From Terriglobia bacterium (GTDB lineage: Bacteria; Acidobacteriota; Terriglobia; 20CM-2-55-15), in NCBI GenBank assembly GCA_963664115.2, contig CAXWPJ010000002.1, positions 160,001 through 224,000 of the forward strand: a stretch of 64,000 bases of DNA, given 5' to 3'. How positions within the stretch are numbered: the stretch's first letter is position 1; every line of letters begins with the position of its first letter. Below, piece by piece: positions 61,124-64,000 of this stretch. The notes under the pieces were generated by a model. That model did not search any database. It had not been told where the DNA came from and was given only the letters and a program-made list of their open reading frames with translations. The position numbers were made by a program, and so were the translations under genes.

Positions 61124-61158
61124 CTTCCCTCACCACGCCCGTCGCGCTAACTCGCAGA

Positions 61159-62589
61159 CTAATACGCCCGTGCAAACACGACACGGCGTTGGGAAGCCTC
61201 CGCACATACGATGCAGGGCCCGGACCGGGCCTCACCCTCTGTGGGAATGCAGCGGATTGTCGCCTTCGTGTCCGCCTTCACCTTCCCTTCGCAATCGGAG
61301 CTGCCGCACCAGTGACTCCAGAGAAAACCACCGTCGCCGTCAAGGATCTCGTTAAAGGCTCCGTAGTCGTCCACTTCGTGCGTATGCGCCTCACGAAAGT
61401 CCAGGGCCCTCTCATACAAGCTCGCCTGAACATCGGATAGCGCCTGAGCGATCGTCCGGGACAAGCCTTCCTGGGAGACGAAACTCTTTTCCCCATTATC
61501 CCGTCGAACAAGAACCACCTGATGCTTCTCCATGTCCTTCGGCCCAATCTCCATTCGTAGTGGCACCCCCCGCTGCTCCCATTCGTTGAACTTCCGCCCG
61601 GGACTATATTGATCGCGGTCATCCACGGTAAAACCGATCCCATCAAAGTCGGCCGTCAACTGATCGATCCGCTCCATCACTGCCCCTCGTTGCTCCGGCT
61701 TCCTGAAGATCGGAACGATCACAAGTTGCGTCGCGGCTAATTTTGGGGGAACGATAATGCCACTGTCATCGCCGTGCGCCATGATCAGCGCACCGATCAG
61801 CCGGGTCGACACCCCCCAACTGGTCGCGTAGACGTATTCCATCTCCCCTTTTTCGTTCTGGAATTTCACGTCGAAGGCCTTGGCAAAGCCCTGTGCCAGA
61901 TGATGGGACGTCCCGGCCTGCAAGGCCTTGCCATCCTGCATCATGGCTTCAATAGAGTAGGTGTGATGGGCGCCGGCAAACTTCTCGCTTTCACTTTTCA
62001 AGCCCGAGAGCACAGGCACCGCCATGAACTGTTCCGCAAACCGGCGGTACACGCCAAGCATCGTGACCGTTTCCCGCTCGGCCTCGTCGTAGGTCGCATG
62101 CGCCGTGTGGCCCTCCTGCCATAGAAATTCTGTGGTCCGCAGAAACAGGCGGGTCCGCAGTTCCCATCGAACGACATTGGCCCATTGATTGATCAACAAC
62201 GGAAGGTCGCGGTAAGACTGAATCCAGTTTCGATACGCGTGCCAGATGATCGTTTCCGAAGTCGGCCGCACCACCAGAGGCTCTTCCAACTTTCCACCAC
62301 CGGCATGGGTCACCATCGCCACCTCGGGCGCAAAGCCCTCGACGTGTTCCGCCTCTTTCCGCAGGAAGCTTTCTGGAATGAACAGGGGAAAGTAGGCGTT
62401 TCGGTGTCCCGTTTCCTTGAACATTTCGTCCAGGGCACCTTGCATCTTTTCCCAGATGGCGTAACCGTTGGGACGAATGATCATGCATCCTTTGACCGGA
62501 GCATGATCTGCCAACTCTGCCGCAGCGATCACGTCGGTGTACCAGCGTGTATAGTCGTCTTTCCGCTTCGATATCTTTATTCCAGCCAT
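61159..62589 (-). CDS. proS: Proline-tRNA ligase (archaeal/eukaryote-like type)
   Basis: HVEGFAPE, VRPTSET, FLRTTEFLWQEGHT, QAGTSH, SWGVSTR and C-terminal FARAY. Confidence 0.96.
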   Translation of the reverse strand: MAGIKISKRKDDYTRWYTDVIAAAELADHAPVKGCMIIRPNGYAIWEKMQGALDEMFKETGHRNAYFPLFIPESFLRKEAEHVEGFAPEVAMVTHAGGGKLEEPLVVRPTSETIIWHAYRNWIQSYRDLPLLINQWANVVRWELRTRLFLRTTEFLWQEGHTAHATYDEAERETVTMLGVYRRFAEQFMAVPVLSGLKSESEKFAGAHHTYSIEAMMQDGKALQAGTSHHLAQGFAKAFDVKFQNEKGEMEYVYATSWGVSTRLIGALIMAHGDDSGIIVPPKLAATQLVIVPIFRKPEQRGAVMERIDQLTADFDGIGFTVDDRDQYSPGRKFNEWEQRGVPLRMEIGPKDMEKHQVVLVRRDNGEKSFVSQEGLSRTIAQALSDVQASLYERALDFREAHTHEVDDYGAFNEILDGDGGFLWSHWCGSSDCEGKVKADTKATIRCIPTEGEARSGPCIVCAEASQRRVVFARAY

Positions 62590-62770
62590 GCCGCAGTCCT
62601 CCCCCAATTAGCCGGGGTAAGCGGCGCATGATAGCACACTACCTGGCGCGGCCACGCGGGCTCGAAACCGACATGGGAATGCCGTACATCGCACATCTGC
62701 CTGGATTGACAGCAAGACCCAAGCGCAATAGCATGAATCATTTGACGAGGGATTCGACACAAGAGGATCT

Positions 62771-64000
62771 ATGGCTGAAGATCTGAGCGAAGACACGATT
62801 TCGAAGGCCAAATCCCGCGGCGCCAAGATCCGCTACCGAACGGCGTCGGGCGTTCCGATCCAAGCCCTCTACACACCTGAAGATCTTGCCGGCTTCGACC
62901 CCGAATCGGAACTCGGCACCCCCGGTGCTCCACCCTACACGCGGGGCATACACCCGGAAATGTATCGCGAGCAGCTCTGGACAATGCGGCAGTTCAGCGG
63001 ATTCGGAACGGCCGCAGACACCAACAAACGCTTTCACTACATGTTGGGGCAGGGTCAGACCGGACTTTCAGTGGCGTTTCATTTGCCCACGCTCATGGGA
63101 TACGACTCCGACCACCCGATGGCGGAGGGCGAGGTCGGAAAGTGCGGCGTGGCCATCGATTCGCTCGAAGATATGGAAACGCTGTTTCAGGGCATCCCTC
63201 TCGATAAGATCAGCACCTCCATGACAACGAACGCCCCGGCGCCGATCATCTGGGCCATGTACCTGGTTGTGGCCGAAAAGCGGGGCATCCAATGGGACAC
63301 GCTTGACGGCACGATACAGAACGACATTCTCAAGGAATACATCGCGCAGAAGACCTATATTTTCCCGCCCCGGCCGTCCATGAAACTAATCGTCGACACG
63401 ATAGCATTCGGAACGCATCACGTGCCCCGGTGGAACACGATATCGATCAGCGGCTATCACATCCGTGAAGCGGGAGCGACGGCGCTTCAGGAATTGGCGT
63501 TCACCTTGTACGACGGCATCGAGTACGTCGCATGGGCGCGACGGCATGGGATGGACGTCGATGACTTTGCGCCACGACTCTCTTTCTTCTTCAACGCCCA
63601 CAACGACCTGTTCGAAGAAGTGGCGAAGTACCGGGCAGCACGGAAGGTCTGGTACACGGTCATGCGGGACCGTTTCGGCGCAAAGAATCCAAAGGCCGCC
63701 GTCCTTCGCTTCCACACTCAGACAGCAGGATGTTCACTCACAGCCCAGCAACCTTATAACAACGTGGTCCGGACAACAGTACAGGCGCTGGCAGCCGTTC
63801 TCGGCGGCACGCAATCGCTGCATACGAACTCGCTCGATGAATCGCTGGCCCTGCCCACTGAGGCGACCGCGCGCATCGCGCTTCGAACGCAGCAGATCAT
63901 TGCACACGAGAGTGGCGTGACGCGCACGCCGGACCCGCTTGGCGGTTCTTATTTTGTGGAACGGTTGACCCTCGATATGGAGCAGGGATGCTGGGAGTAT
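62771..64000 (+). CDS. Methylmalonyl-CoA mutase large (N-terminal domain) subunit, runs off the right edge
   Basis: Manual translation gives [45 protein letters not shown] and [10 protein letters not shown]. Confidence 0.93.
   Translation, partial: MAEDLSEDTISKAKSRGAKIRYRTASGVPIQALYTPEDLAGFDPESELGTPGAPPYTRGIHPEMYREQLWTMRQFSGFGTAADTNKRFHYMLGQGQTGLSVAFHLPTLMGYDSDHPMAEGEVGKCGVAIDSLEDMETLFQGIPLDKISTSMTTNAPAPIIWAMYLVVAEKRGIQWDTLDGTIQNDILKEYIAQKTYIFPPRPSMKLIVDTIAFGTHHVPRWNTISISGYHIREAGATALQELAFTLYDGIEYVAWARRHGMDVDDFAPRLSFFFNAHNDLFEEVAKYRAARKVWYTVMRDRFGAKNPKAAVLRFHTQTAGCSLTAQQPYNNVVRTTVQALAAVLGGTQSLHTNSLDESLALPTEATARIALRTQQIIAHESGVTRTPDPLGGSYFVERLTLDMEQGCWEY

Overview
A GC-rich bacterial chromosome segment, probably Acidobacteriota (inferred from the Oar-type TonB receptor, a DUF6152-like protein and remnants of a kinase/beta-propeller gene family). 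It has four parts. (1) 1-10.9 kb: accessory, mostly exported enzymes (TPP enzyme, three metallo-beta-lactamase-fold proteins, alpha/beta hydrolase, asparaginase-like, DUF6152-like, LVIVD). (2) 11-29.6 kb: core genes (murJ, lpxD, glyS, glyQ, recO, PfkB kinase, rhomboid, broken NCS2 permease, TonB receptor, Fur-ferritin fusion, TlpA, HD protein, CusF-like) ending at tRNA-Gln. (3) 29.6-48.8 kb: a decayed ~19 kb integrase island between tRNA-Gln(CTG) and tRNA-Glu(CTC), with two inverted IS1380 copies, an integrase + IS91-like pair, IS30, IS3, a truncated IS630 and several pseudogenes. (4) 49-64 kb: M23 peptidase, msrA, an imuA-imuB-dnaE2 cassette with an SOS box, a RelE/RHH toxin-antitoxin pair, mobA, feoAB, proS and methylmalonyl-CoA mutase. 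The most striking unexplained signal is a dispersed intergenic element seen 7 times, only between accessory genes. It is an orphan gene 3' end coding INIVLNWFEELKERVPVP* followed by a dif-like 11-6-11 inverted repeat, and one copy is split at its centre by IS30. It may mark the junctions of an undescribed site-specific cassette system. All calls are by eye from the sequence; no database searches were run.
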